NCBI RefSeq assembly: GCF_003704095.1
Contig: NW_020844487.1
Location: 186,001 to 250,000, forward strand
DNA length: 64,000 bases
Reading direction: 5' to 3'
Origin: Pocillopora damicornis
Lineage: Eukaryota
Made by a program: the position numbers and the translations under genes. How positions within the stretch are numbered: position 1 is the first letter of the stretch; every line of letters starts with the position of its first letter. The notes under the pieces are model-generated. The model was given only the letters and a program-made list of their open reading frames with translations. It did not search any database and was not told the DNA's origin. Of this stretch, positions 36,398-48,500 are shown in pieces.

Positions 36398-39300
36398 ATG
36401 GCGACTTGGCCGGAAGCGAACAAAAAACGCAATCATGCACGGTGAGAGCATTCTATTTCTCATTTTGTTCCCCGATGATATGTTAAATTTTCGAGCTCTC
36501 GATCGAATGATAGGTCTACTTTCAGTTTTCATACTAATTTGCTTTGACGCACTATTTTACAGTTCTGCACCTAGTTGCCAAGCCTTTGATTTGGAGTGAG
36601 GCTGAAGGTGACCTTGTTGTGATAGAGAACAGTATCTTGTAAGCATGAGAACAAAGTAATTTACATTTGAAATGCAGCTACGTCTGTATCATAACAAGGT
36701 CACCCCTAGCCGCACTCCTGTTCAAAGGTTTGGCAATGAAGCATACAACTGTAAAATGGACCATTGTTCCCCTTCAATTGTTGTTGTTGTTTTTTTGTCT
36801 TTCAATATTATGATCCCTTATTTTAAAATATACCCCAACTATACAAGCTACCATGAATGATAGGCAACCGGATACAAATTGTTGCTCCTATTCTGTGCAT
36901 CAGGCACAGTTCCTGGAGGGAAATTCAAAAAGATGATTTCCCAGTTTGCATTACTTGCTCTCCTTATAAAGCACATCTAGACTGAGTTCAGAAAAACCAA
37001 AGCCAAATTAACTAGAACAGCCAATCAGAGCAAAGTAAAAGATCACAGGGAGTCCATCAGATATCAAAGTATAAACAAAGCAAACTGTTTGAGGTGTAGG
37101 AAAGTGCAAGGGACCAAGTGGCAGTTGGTTTAAGTTTTGAATCTGACTGGCTGAGAGGATGGGGCAGTTTTTTTGGACAGATCACATGGAAGAATAAAGT
37201 TAAACCAATTGAATCCCACATTACCTTCAACACTGTCTTAAGCAAGGTGTCAATTAAAGGAAAGGGAGTGGAAATATTTAAACATTTATTGGCTGAAATT
37301 ATCTTTAACCCCCAAGAGTGATTACTAACCATTTTCCCCTTTCAGTATCACCCCTAAAACAAACATTGAGGTCTTGAGAATAAGAGAAATGATCACCAAC
37401 TGAAGACGCTCTTGATTGTTAAAGAAATTCTCTTTGTCAGGACCATAGGGAATGTATAGAGAACAGTATGGAGAAAGTGCAATCTGATGTTATAGTGTAA
37501 AGGGTTAACCTGAAGTGTTATAGAAAGTAAAGTTAAGTGATAACATTGTCTTGTTACAGAAATGCAACCCTTGAGTTACTATCAGATGGTAGAAGCAGAC
37601 ACTCTAAGAGCGCTCAAGCAAGCAGCAGGGTTACAGAATTTGAAAATCTAGGTCTCTCTGTGGAACGAGATGGACAAGCTATGAGTGATGTGTCATCCTT
37701 TCACTCAGAATCATTGTACAGTCAGCATGCTGATAGTTTGCGCATATCTGCAAGTGTACCCTCACACTTGTCACCAGAAGTTGTATGTTTTTCTCTTTTT
37801 CAGATAAATATTTTATTTTTATCAAAGACATTTTTGCTTTTGGTTATTTTGAAAACTAGGCCAACATGGAAGTTATTTATCCCAATCCTAATAAGAAAAT
37901 GGAACTCGTTATAACTTGGCCGGTTGATATTTTATGAAGTTTCAGAATTGATGGTTAGCAGAAATGTCATGTTCTGAGAATTTAAAGTGCTCTTTCTGAT
38001 ATATCACAGTAGCACAATTAAATGCAGAATGCTATTTTGAATGGAATCCAACCTGTTAATCTAATATTTTATGGAAAGCATAAACACATAGTGAAAATCT
38101 CCAGTTTAGACACCTATGGTGGTGTTTTACTTTACAAGCTCATGCTGCATTCAGATATTATTTTTATTTTCTTTTTTCTACTTTTAATCTTAACCTGCTT
38201 GTATTCCCAAAGACATATCAGAGAAGTTTACCAAACATAACTATTGGCTGTGTCAGTATTGTTGTTACCTTCTTCCTCTTCATCACTGGTGTAATTCTGG
38301 ACACAGTTTTTAAACAAAAAAATGAACAAAAAGGCAAGTGAGATATTTTAGTTGCCTATAATTAGTCATTACATTAAGAAAATCTATACTTAGAATAGAG
38401 GTTGCATAAGCTTTTTCATACATGTGAATGTTTTTCTTCACTGTCTGTCTTGGCCAGCTTTTAGATTACTGTAATTCCTTGAATGAGAGCCCATTCTCTA
38501 ATAAAGCTATTCCCCTGGGTAGGCACCCACCCCTTGGGCCATGAAATCAAACAAGTGCCCCTCTTAAACAAGCCCTCCCCTCCTACCTTACTTTCTCAAA
38601 TAGTGGAGATACAAGGAAAACCTGTTTCTATTGCAACTGTAGAAGAATCAATACAGGTTTTGTGCTGATGACGAGGAAATACAATACATTCTAAGATTGC
38701 TCAAAGCCCATCATTTTTGTGTCTGTAGTGGCCAAGCATGTATTCTTCATTCAATCAACCAGTTATTTATTGTAATAATATGTGCAAGAGCTGCAAGCTT
38801 ATTCAGATACAAACTTATAATAAAATAAATTACTTGTCTGAGAAATATAATAGCCTAAAGTAATGGAACAGCATTGGCAGTGTTTTATTGATTTATAGAT
38901 GGTGAGTTATAAGTGATAATACATCATTATTGATTAATTTACAAATGGATTAAGCATTAATTGGTATCTACAAATGATTAAATTTTTCTTCTCAGTAATT
39001 AAGACGGCTTGTGAAGTGTTGATGGCAGCAGGGCTCTTTGGATTCACTGGTATGATGATATCTATTCCAGTGTATTCTTATATTTCTTTACCTACCGTTT
39101 TCTCAGCCACCATTTTTAGGACTGCTTTATTATAATTGATATTGTCCAGAGCGATGATTTACTAACAGAAGGAATTGTTAATGTTGTAGCAAGAGGAGTA
39201 GAGATCATGACACATATTAAAAAAAACCTGTCCCTTTTTTTAATCCAAGTTCATCATGAATTTTGCCTTCCAAACTAGATATTTGACCAATCGGCAAGAA

Positions 39301-42300
39301 CCTATTACATGCTCTGTTATTGTAGGAACTCAGTTCTTCATTGATTTTTTCTTAACCCTTTACACCCTAACATCAGTATGCATATTCTCCTTACTACTCT
39401 CTAGACATTTCTTAGGGTTCTGACAAGAAGAATTTTCTTCAACAATCAAGAGTTTCTTTAGTTGGTGATCATTTCCTTTATTCTCATGACCTCAATGTTT
39501 GATTGAAGGGTGATTTTGTAAGAAGAAATTAGATGTTAGTGACTCTAAGGGATTGAAGGGTTTAAGCATTAACAATGAACTTACATCAAATGATGTATTT
39601 TGCTCTGTTGCTTTAGGTGGAGTAACCAACTGGGTCGGAATTAAACTGATATTCAACAGGATTCCAGGATTGTTTTTTAGGCATGTGACCCTTGCTGTTG
39701 CCTTCTGAGGGGGGAAGTTCATCTTTACCCTTTGTTCTGTAGCATTCTTGTAGCTTATTAGGCTGCAATCAATTGTCAAAGTATAAGATTTTTCCTGCAA
39801 CACAAAACTTAATTGTTACTTCTCAAATTGGTTTCGATATGTAAGCTTTGGATTCTTTGAAAAAAAGGAAACTACTCACTCTAAGGGGGTCAGTGACTTT
39901 GAAGAGGTTGTTCCAATGTTTCATAGCCAAGCAACATTTATACTTTCATTTGACTTATATGCAGTTTTACATTAAGTTAATGAACTCAGCCTATTATTAG
40001 TAAGTTACAGTTGTAATAATTCTCATTTTAAGTCTTCTTGTTTTTTTCCACAGTGGAGCCATCATTAAGAATTTTGTAACTGCTAGGAAACTGATGACCA
40101 ATTTTATTCTTGAGGCATTTTTCAGTCCTTCACAAGTTAGAAATTACATTAATGACAAAAAGAGAACATATCTGACAGTAGAACAGATAGGTAAATTATG
40201 ATACATTTTATGACAGTTTAGATATATCTTTGCCTTTTTAAGTTGTTCTTTTTCTTGGTTACTATGGAGATTTCCACTTTTTTTAGAACTTAGCAAAATT
40301 AGTGAAACAATGCAACAGTAACAATATTGGAGTTTCTTCTCTGCTTAGGAATAGTACTGTGAACCAAAAGTAGTTAATTTTGATGCTTTTAGTGCAAGTC
40401 TAGCTAAGTCATGCCTTGGAAAGTTTAGCTGCTAAATTTTTCTTGAATCTTATTTTATATATGTATATGTTTTTTTCAAACAGACTATCAGCTTGAGAAA
40501 CTTCTCAATTCCAGAATTGCAGAAGATTTGATTCATGAACAGTTGGAGGTTTTGATGGGAACACCAGAAGGTAAGTTGATTGGTCCATTCAGCAGGTACA
40601 TTTACTGCTTCATTTGGCAGCATATGGATTTGTTGGTTAGTGGATTGAATTCTGACTGCTTTGGGTGACAATAATCCCACCTGGTTAGGAATAAATTAGT
40701 TGGCTATTTTCATTTAAGGAGTTGAAGGTAAGGCAAACAAGCACAACCTCAGGGTGCAGCTGACGGAAGGGTGTGGATCTGGGATTGTATTGTTATTGGA
40801 TTAACAGTGTCCAATATCATAAATTTTATCAAGCATCATGCACTATGTCTGATGAATTCATGTTTTGTTCAATAGCCTGTACATTGGTTAATTTTTTAAA
40901 ATTCTTTTCCTTGCCCTTTGATTCATTTATCAATCCATCCATCCATCTATACCTACATTCCTACATGCATGCTGTTCATTTAGTAGTTCAATTTGTTGTT
41001 TGTTTATTTTTACATTTACTTCTTAGTTCATTCATGTAGTCATTCAGTCTGCCAGTCATACATGAACTTAGTCATTAATTTGCTTTTTTATGCATTATCA
41101 ATGCCCACACCTTCCCATGCAAGGGCTTAATTGTGTCTAACACATGCCCAAATCATAAAATTTTTAAAAGGGAAAATTGCAATGATTAAGTATCACAGGG
41201 AACCACCAAGTGCTCATTGTCTGGTTACAGACCAGTATAATAGCCCCTTCCTCTGTAAAGTGAAGGTTAATGACTTTGTGGCATGTTGTCTGATTTTTAA
41301 TTGTAGGTCTCAAACTTCGTATGCTTGGTGTCACCAAAGCCAAACTGGCGCCCCTTGTAAAACCTCAGTTGATGAAGTATAAAACACACATCGTGCCATT
41401 GGTAAGGAAAAAGGGCAGTATACCTATTGTCCTTCATTATCTAATTCTTCATTTGCATCTTAACCCTTTGCACCCAAACGTCAGTATGTATATTCTCCAT
41501 GCTGTTCGCTTTACATTTCCCAAGGTGCTGATGAGGAGAATTTGTTTAGTGAAGAGTATCTTTGGTGATCATGTCCTTCATTCTCACGACTGTGATGTTT
41601 GATTCAGGGCTGATATTGTAAGGAGAAATTAGATGCTAGTCACTCTAAGGAGTCAAAGGGTCGAAGAAAGTCGTCAACAGGAATTGAACCTGTACGTGCA
41701 TCATATGAAATTCACCATCATGCGAACTGTGAATAAAAATTATGTTGAATGGCTGATGTTCATGTTTTGTTTTGTTTGTTTTTGTAATGTTTTGTAGTTA
41801 CTCTCATCAATTGAATCAGTTGATCTCTTTAATGCGGATCACCTCAGAGAACAGGTATGCATTCTTTTAGATAATGCGTAATAGAAGATACCCATTTGTG
41901 CTATTTAACTTTTTAAAAGTATTTTACACTATTCCATGGGGCCTTGGCACTAGGCTCGGTGCAATGCAAGGTGTGCTGTTTCCATCACTCGTTTCTGTTC
42001 CACTGCACTCCCATACCGTGCATTTCCAGACAGTCAGAGTATGGCTTACTCCCTTCAAGTAGTGCGACATTTTTGTCTTTGTTCTTTTTTTTTCCTTCTA
42101 AAGATTGTGGATTTGATTTCAACAAGGACGCAAGAACTGTCCGCACAACAAGTCAAGCTGGTAAGTGACATCCTTGAGTAATCAACTGTTATGTTCTCTT
42201 TCTAATGTTTAGCAATAGCGTTATCTGGCCTCGGCTTTGAAGAATAAAGTAAAGAGGAAAAAAGAAAATCTTAGGTTATGTGGAAAAAAATCATTGTTAA

Positions 42301-43042
42301 TAATGATATTTTTTCAGGCGAGAAACTGAAAGGCCTGGTTATTTACATGAGGTCTAAACCAAACCGCGCTTTTAAGCAAGCAGAAGGTGTCAGGGATTCT
42401 CTATAAGAGGGTTGGTTTATTTAAATAAATGTCTTTCCACTATTAGCTTTAGGCCCTCTTGACACTGTTCACAAACTTAAACGTTCAGATAATAGGTTTG
42501 GCTTACTTGCAGATGGATTACAACGCGGTTTTGATAAACAACGGCTAAACTTTGTTTAAATAACCAGCCCGAAAGGTTTCTTTAGGGAGAAGAAAGTTAT
42601 AAGGTGTACAATAGTTATCTTCACAAAAAAGAGCAAGTGCTCTTTCTGGTAAATCCTTGAAAGTTGTTGCTGAGTATCTGAGCAGATGAAACGATCTAAG
42701 CTGTGGAACGATGCGTAATGAGAGAATTCGACGAGAGGCAATTGATCGCTTGAAATCGTAATCGTTTAAACAAGGAGATAAACCCCAGCGAGCGTAAATG
42801 CCCATTATTTTGCAACGAGTACGACTTGTTCAACTATCGTTAACAAGTTGGGTGATGGTGAATTGTTCTTTAACTTAAGAATTCACCTGATGTTAACGTG
42901 ACTCTCCTTATCTGTGCACGTGTAGCTGGTCGAAGACGCGGTCTACCGACATTTAAGTTGGATAGTTTTCTGGGGGAGTGTGTTGGGAGCTGTGGTTGGC
43001 TGTGCAGCCGAGCTCGCCTCCGTTTACATCAACGGCACGTGA
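36398..43042 (+). CDS. DUF445-like (bacterial-type) membrane protein; 11 coding exons, ~351 aa
   Basis: Exons 36398-36441, 37560-37782, 38213-38333, 38996-39049, 39617-39680, 40054-40190, 40484-40570, 41307-41401, 41798-41854, 42104-42160, 42926-43042. Total 1056 nt, all phases consistent, two GC donors. The translation includes AAGLFGFTGGVTNWVGIKLIFNRIPGLFFSGAII and TRTQELSAQQVKLLVEDAVYRHLSWIVFWGSVLGAVVG, which match the N- and C-terminal signatures of DUF445 proteins (G..TNW.A..MLF...PG..GSG.I and L.EL.P..VK......HL.WLV.WGGV.G...G). Confidence 0.85.
37299..37508. mobile_element. piggyBac-like MITE (reverse orientation)
   Basis: Reverse complement of the 39352 copy; ends TGTAAAGGGTTAA. Confidence 0.7.
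39352..39564. mobile_element. piggyBac-like MITE
   Basis: TTAACCCTTTACACCCTAACATCAGTATGCATATTCTCC ... GGGATTGAAGGGTTTA, ~210 bp, multiple copies in the window. Confidence 0.75.
41460..41664. mobile_element. piggyBac-like MITE
   Basis: TTAACCCTTTGCACCCAAACGTCAGTATG ... GGAGTCAAAGGGTC; same family as 39352. Confidence 0.72.
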
Positions 43043-43707
43043 CTCGTCAGATGGCTTGGAAACAATGTGTGGGGTCTGGGCTGATTCATTACATGGTCAA
43101 CTTTTAAATGAAAGCCGACTGATCGTACGGGACAATTAACCTTCTGAGCCATAGAGTTTGTCAGGGAGCGATTTGGCCAGCTTCGAAGGTTGCTAAGAGT
43201 GCTCCCGTAGAATGTACACATGTACGTACCATAGATTTCCGCAGATATGAAAAACGTTGTCCGGAACGGCTCACTCAAAGCAAATACACGGTGGATCTTA
43301 AGAAGCTACATTTAGGCTCATGATGACAAAGTGTAAGCATTTGTATGGAATTGCAGATAAATTTTACAAACGTAATGTTGTAAAGGAATTGGAGTTTCAC
43401 AAGGAACAATGAACGAAGAAAATGAAAAAAATTAAAAGGTTAAGGAGAGTTAAGGCTTATAAATCACTTTCAACAATGGTCTTCTTTGAAACGAGTGTTT
43501 AAAAGCGAGATGAAATTCAAAGCAGGGGCGATCGGCGACCGGCGTAAGACGAACCGTGATCATGACAAGATAACAGCAAAATAAAGGTAATGAAAACTGT
43601 CCGTCTATCTGTTTTTGCTCGACCAACTCTTTTTTAACGCGTTTCCAGTGTACAACCTTAAGTAGAGGAGATAGAGACACAAACGTGTGATGGTTCTCTC
43701 TGAGTTT

Positions 43708-43751
43708 ATGCGTGCGTGCACTCGCGTGTGTGCGTGCGCGCGCGTTTGCGT
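43708..43751. repeat. Alternating purine-pyrimidine (TG/CG) tract
   Basis: ATGCGTGCGTGCACTCGCGTGTGTGCGTGCGCGCGCGTTTGCGT. Confidence 0.7.
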
Positions 43752-45325
43752 ACTAAAAATGAAACAGTAGACTAAATGTGTCTCAAACGGTACGTGATAG
43801 CATTTTATAAGCTGTTTTAAATGCATGTGCAACGCATAGGTCTGTCTACGCGTTGAAACGTATTTGGGCGTTATATTTCTTAAAAGTTTATGACCGGCAT
43901 TGTTGCTTCAACCTCCCTATTTGTTTGGAAAGAAGACGGACTTGAGTCCATTTGAGGAACTGAGTATGGAGATCGGCTCTCTTATTAACGCAGATTTTTT
44001 GCTCGTATTTCACCAACTATTGGTTTCAAATAAGCGTTGTCTATTTTTTTATTTTTCTAAAACGTGTTCCGCCGCGCCCAAATGTTTTCACTGAAATATT
44101 GACACAACGCAACTTTTAATTATAACCAACTTTTGTAGACGTTCGTTTACCGAGGGACTCGTTTCAATCTTTCCGTGATTTTTTCATGATTTTTAGCAAT
44201 TCAATTGATTTTATAATTCCTTTCGATAATTTTGTTTTATGTTAGAGGTAGTTGTCCAAAAAACAAACACGACAGGTTTCTTTATCTCGCAAACGATGCA
44301 ATTTGTCTGAAGCCAATGTTTCTTACGTCCTGCTGACACAGTTGTCTGGTACTTCTAAATTATTCAGTGAAAAATAACTTTGCAAGAGAAGACGCTCATT
44401 GTTCTCAGGCGGTACAAGTAGCTTGTGTTTTATACGCTTGTTGCATAGAAAAGAAAAACACAGCATCTTTGAACCACAAAATTTAAAACAGCGTTACGTG
44501 TTTGTTGAAGCCTGCATGTACACTCGATGGATAGTTTAATTTATAATCAATGTTCGCAGGTGGGATTGCTTTTTTAGTTTTGTCATCGTCAAGAAGCTAA
44601 TGCGAGCTTTTAACGTACATTGGACAAATGCATGATTTCAATTCATGTTTGCAGTTTTAATCCCGTTTAGTTTTCGTTGTTTCAGTAATTTATCGTCAAC
44701 TTTTCTAAAGACTGCCGAAGAATTGATCCACCATTGGTATTTTTTCTTTTTTCGCACAAAGAAGTTATATCTTCAACTTTTGAGATTCGAAGGAAGACTG
44801 AAGATGGATAATAAAAATTTGTAGAAATAATCCGCGTGGTGCCACTGCTAAAATTTTCCGCGCCTTTTCTCGCCTGACTGATGTTGTACTTTCACGCGCT
44901 TACCCGCCATCAACTTAAAATGTTGATGGTTTTTTTTTTCGTTTTTTTTTTTATTTTTTTACTAGATACTCATTCGTATTAAATAGCCATTAGCTATTTT
45001 CTTTCGTGGGGTTAAGCTTTACTAGCATGTGACCTCAAGAACTCAAGCATTAAATGTTGTGTGGAGTGCGTTAAATTAGCCTCAGTTTATATTTTATTGT
45101 TGGTTCGCCTAAATCCATAGGGAAAACGTGTTACTGCCCTCCCGCGGTTTTTTGTTTGACAAAACAGTTTGTGGATATTAATTATTGACTTCACCTTCGC
45201 GCTTTATTTTGCATAAAGACCAAGGTCACCTATTTTCATTGTTGAAAATACTCTAGAAAATCTGCTAAAAATATTTCAAGTGTCTTGCGCAAGCGAGGCG
45301 TTTGGGATGTGTGTGCAAGCTGTTG

Positions 45326-45538
45326 TTAACCCTTGAAGCCCTAAGGATGACTAGCATCTAATTTCTCCTCACAATATCACCACTGAATCACACATAAATG
45401 TTATCAGAATAGAGGGAATGATCACCAATTACAGAAACTCTTGATTGTGAGACAAATTCTCCTTGTCGTTAACCTTAGTAAATGTACAGAGAACAGTTTG
45501 GAGAATATGAATGCCGATGTTAGGGTGCAATGGGTTAA
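45326..45538. mobile_element. piggyBac-like MITE (reverse orientation)
   Basis: TTAACCCTTGAAGCCCTAAG ... TTAGGGTGCAATGGGTTAA with TTAA at both ends. Confidence 0.75.
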
Positions 45539-48500
45539 ATAAATTGTTTGGTGAAAATTGACACCTTGTTAAGTTGCCAGTGTTATTAACAAACAGCAAT
45601 AAAAATGGAGAGAGTTAAAAAATATCGAGAAGTTTTTTTTGAAGTACCAAATTCAGAGCAAATCAGGAGGGGAAAAAAAAGAAAACTAGATAGTCCCAGT
45701 GTGAGTTTTTACAAATATAATCTTTTATCCGGTGCTTGAGTATTTTTCGATCGAGTGTCGTTAAGACCAAAACCAAATTAATTTACAACGGCCAATTAGA
45801 AAGACGGAAAATATCACAAGAACCAGAGACATCTCAAGGTAACGGCAAGAAACCTGCCTAAAGCGCGGGAGCCGGATCTTGAGAATTCGAGTCACTTTTG
45901 TTCTAAATTCGTTTTGCACGTGTTTTCAAAGTAAAACAAACTGTAGCAATCCCTGTTTACATTCGATACTCGATATAAAATAGCTCGGAAGAGAAAAGGG
46001 ACATTATTTTGACTCGAAGTTATTAAATTTTCTTAAACAAACAGATTTACTATGAGTTTATACTTTGTTTGTTATTTTGTGTGATGTTAAGTTTTTGAAC
46101 AAGTATTTTCAAGATAACAGGAACAAGATCTATTCTTTGAGCTATAACAGGTCTGTTTTGACCAGTAAGTGAAGGATTTAAGGAAATACATGTATTTGAT
46201 AGTAGGTAAGAGATTTTTGTTTCTTTTCTTCCAGAGCTTTTTGAAGAATTCTTATACGTTGCAAAACAACTTCATCGATTAAAGGAGTGACCTTTTGTTT
46301 TGCACCACTTGTTTCCAAATTTAGCTTATACGCAGACTCCATAAACTATATAGTTTAAACTCTGGTTGATTATGTAATGATAATACTTCATTTACCATTA
46401 GAAATTAAATTTAGTACACAAGAGCTAGCTTACCCAACTTAGTTTTGTGTGTCCCAACGAGTTTTTCCTCAAAACTGTGCGAAAATTCGTAGAGTAAAAC
46501 TCTGTTTGCAAAACATGATTTCCAGACGAAGTGATATTTATCAAAAATGGAATGAGTCAAACATTTTTTACGATGAGCTGTTTACTGAAACAACAGGAAA
46601 GAAACTTATCTATTGCAATAAATCAATCATTTCTAACCGTATGTTATGTAAAGGTTATGTGTTGTTCGTTGTCCGCGCACAACCTTTGGCGTTGTTCGTT
46701 TGCCAATAACATTCTGGTAATCTTGGAGAAAAACATCTCGCGATCAACGAACCTCCACAGCCTCGTTGCGAGGCCACGTGGCCCCTGAAACGAGGTTGTA
46801 TGTCAGATTATTACGTAAGAGGTGTCAAACCTGAGCAAACAACTTTGAAGAAATAGCTGTATTCTCGAGTGGACGGGAATGAATCACGGGAAAACGACTC
46901 TTAAAAACAATGATGTCAAACATTTTAACTTATCTTTCCTAGGTGTTAGAAACTTTTTTCATGCTGTATCTAGCAATTGTACCTTATTCTTTATGCAGTG
47001 TATTTCAAATTCTTGCCTATCGCCATCAAATGGGGCGGCAATTTTTTTGCAGATGTGGTTGAAACACCCATAATTAACATCAACTATGGTGAGTTTGAAG
47101 TGTTTGGGTTTTTTTGCCGTACCCGGCCTAATCCTGTTCCCGCTCTTATGAAAAAGCCACGTGTTCTCGGCGTTTGATAACCGTGACTTATTGTTCGTCG
47201 TTTTCGCCTGTTGCGCGTTTATCGCTAATACGACAATTGAAACCACAAAATTACATTACAATTATAACTGCTCAGAAAATTAATACCTTGTTGTTGTTGT
47301 TTGCCGATCCACTGCCCACGAAACTGAAAAAGTCTGCCGGGTGTCGGTTACGTTTAGAATATTATCCCGTAACTAATGCACTGACTTCCTGTCGTGTGGT
47401 TTTTTTCTCCCTTTTGGTCAATGTCCCCCACATAGTGTCAAGTTCAAAAGGAATCAGTTTGTTTATCCAGATTCGAAAACAAATTTTTTCTGCAAATAGC
47501 CCGTGACTGATTAAGTTTTATTTCGTCGCAAAATGAAGTGAATGCTTTGTGGTTTTCATGATTTGTTTTTCTTGGTTGGCAATTTCCTGATCGAAATAGT
47601 ACCCTGCACCCTCAAAAATGTTATTTGTTTCGTTACGCTTAAGATAGAACGGTTTTGTTTAAAGAAGCGTTTTCTGTTGATCGTAATACATTTAAAGATG
47701 TGATCTTTTCCCGACATTTTTCTTGCGGTTTATTCAAAGGCTTTTGAGGAAGAATCTTTCTCAAATTTTCAAGGTTTTCGATGTGCTTACAGAAATAGTT
47801 CTTTTCAGTTAGCTCTCTTTGGACAAACCAAAAATTTTAAAAAAACCACCTTATTTCTTATTTTTAGAATCCATTTGTTTAGCATTTGTTTTGAGTTCAG
47901 CTTTTATCACAAAATGATTTATTAAAACGAGAGACATTTCCCTTCCCTAATGCACTTTTTGTCTTTGTTTCGTCGACCCTCTTTTGTCTTCGTAACTTAA
48001 ATTCTTTATTTCAAGAAATCGTTAAAATTAGCTTTTTAATCTCCTCTTATATCCTGTAATTTAACTAAGTTGAAAGTTAAATATATTTTTAGGCCTGGCG
48101 ATTGACAAGCTCGAATCGTATTGGTTAAAAGATCGACCAATCACATGTCATTAATTTACGATTGTTGTGCAACCATGAGCTAGAAGACGAGACTAATGCA
48201 ACATGTGGTGGTTACATAACCAAGAAAATTGCTTTATTCATTCTAAGTGTACCGATTACACAACCAAAAGAAAAAAAAAAAAAAGAGCAGATAGATTTCG
48301 TCTCGTTTCTTTCAACCAAATGGTTCATAATTTTCAATTTTATCGTGCACAGATTTAGGGAACTCTAATTGGGGAGGCAAAGTAGACTTGCATGCTGTAG
48401 TTGTAGTCTTTGTGACAGAACACAACGGTTTAGTAAGCAGCAAGAACTTCAATTTAATTGCGGTTTGTGTGAATTCTTCCAAAAAGAAACTCGAAACGGC

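Noticed and set aside
37783-38212. U12-type intron suggested by the branch-like TCTTAAC near the acceptor
   Set aside because: The donor is GTATGT, not the U12 consensus RTATCCTT.
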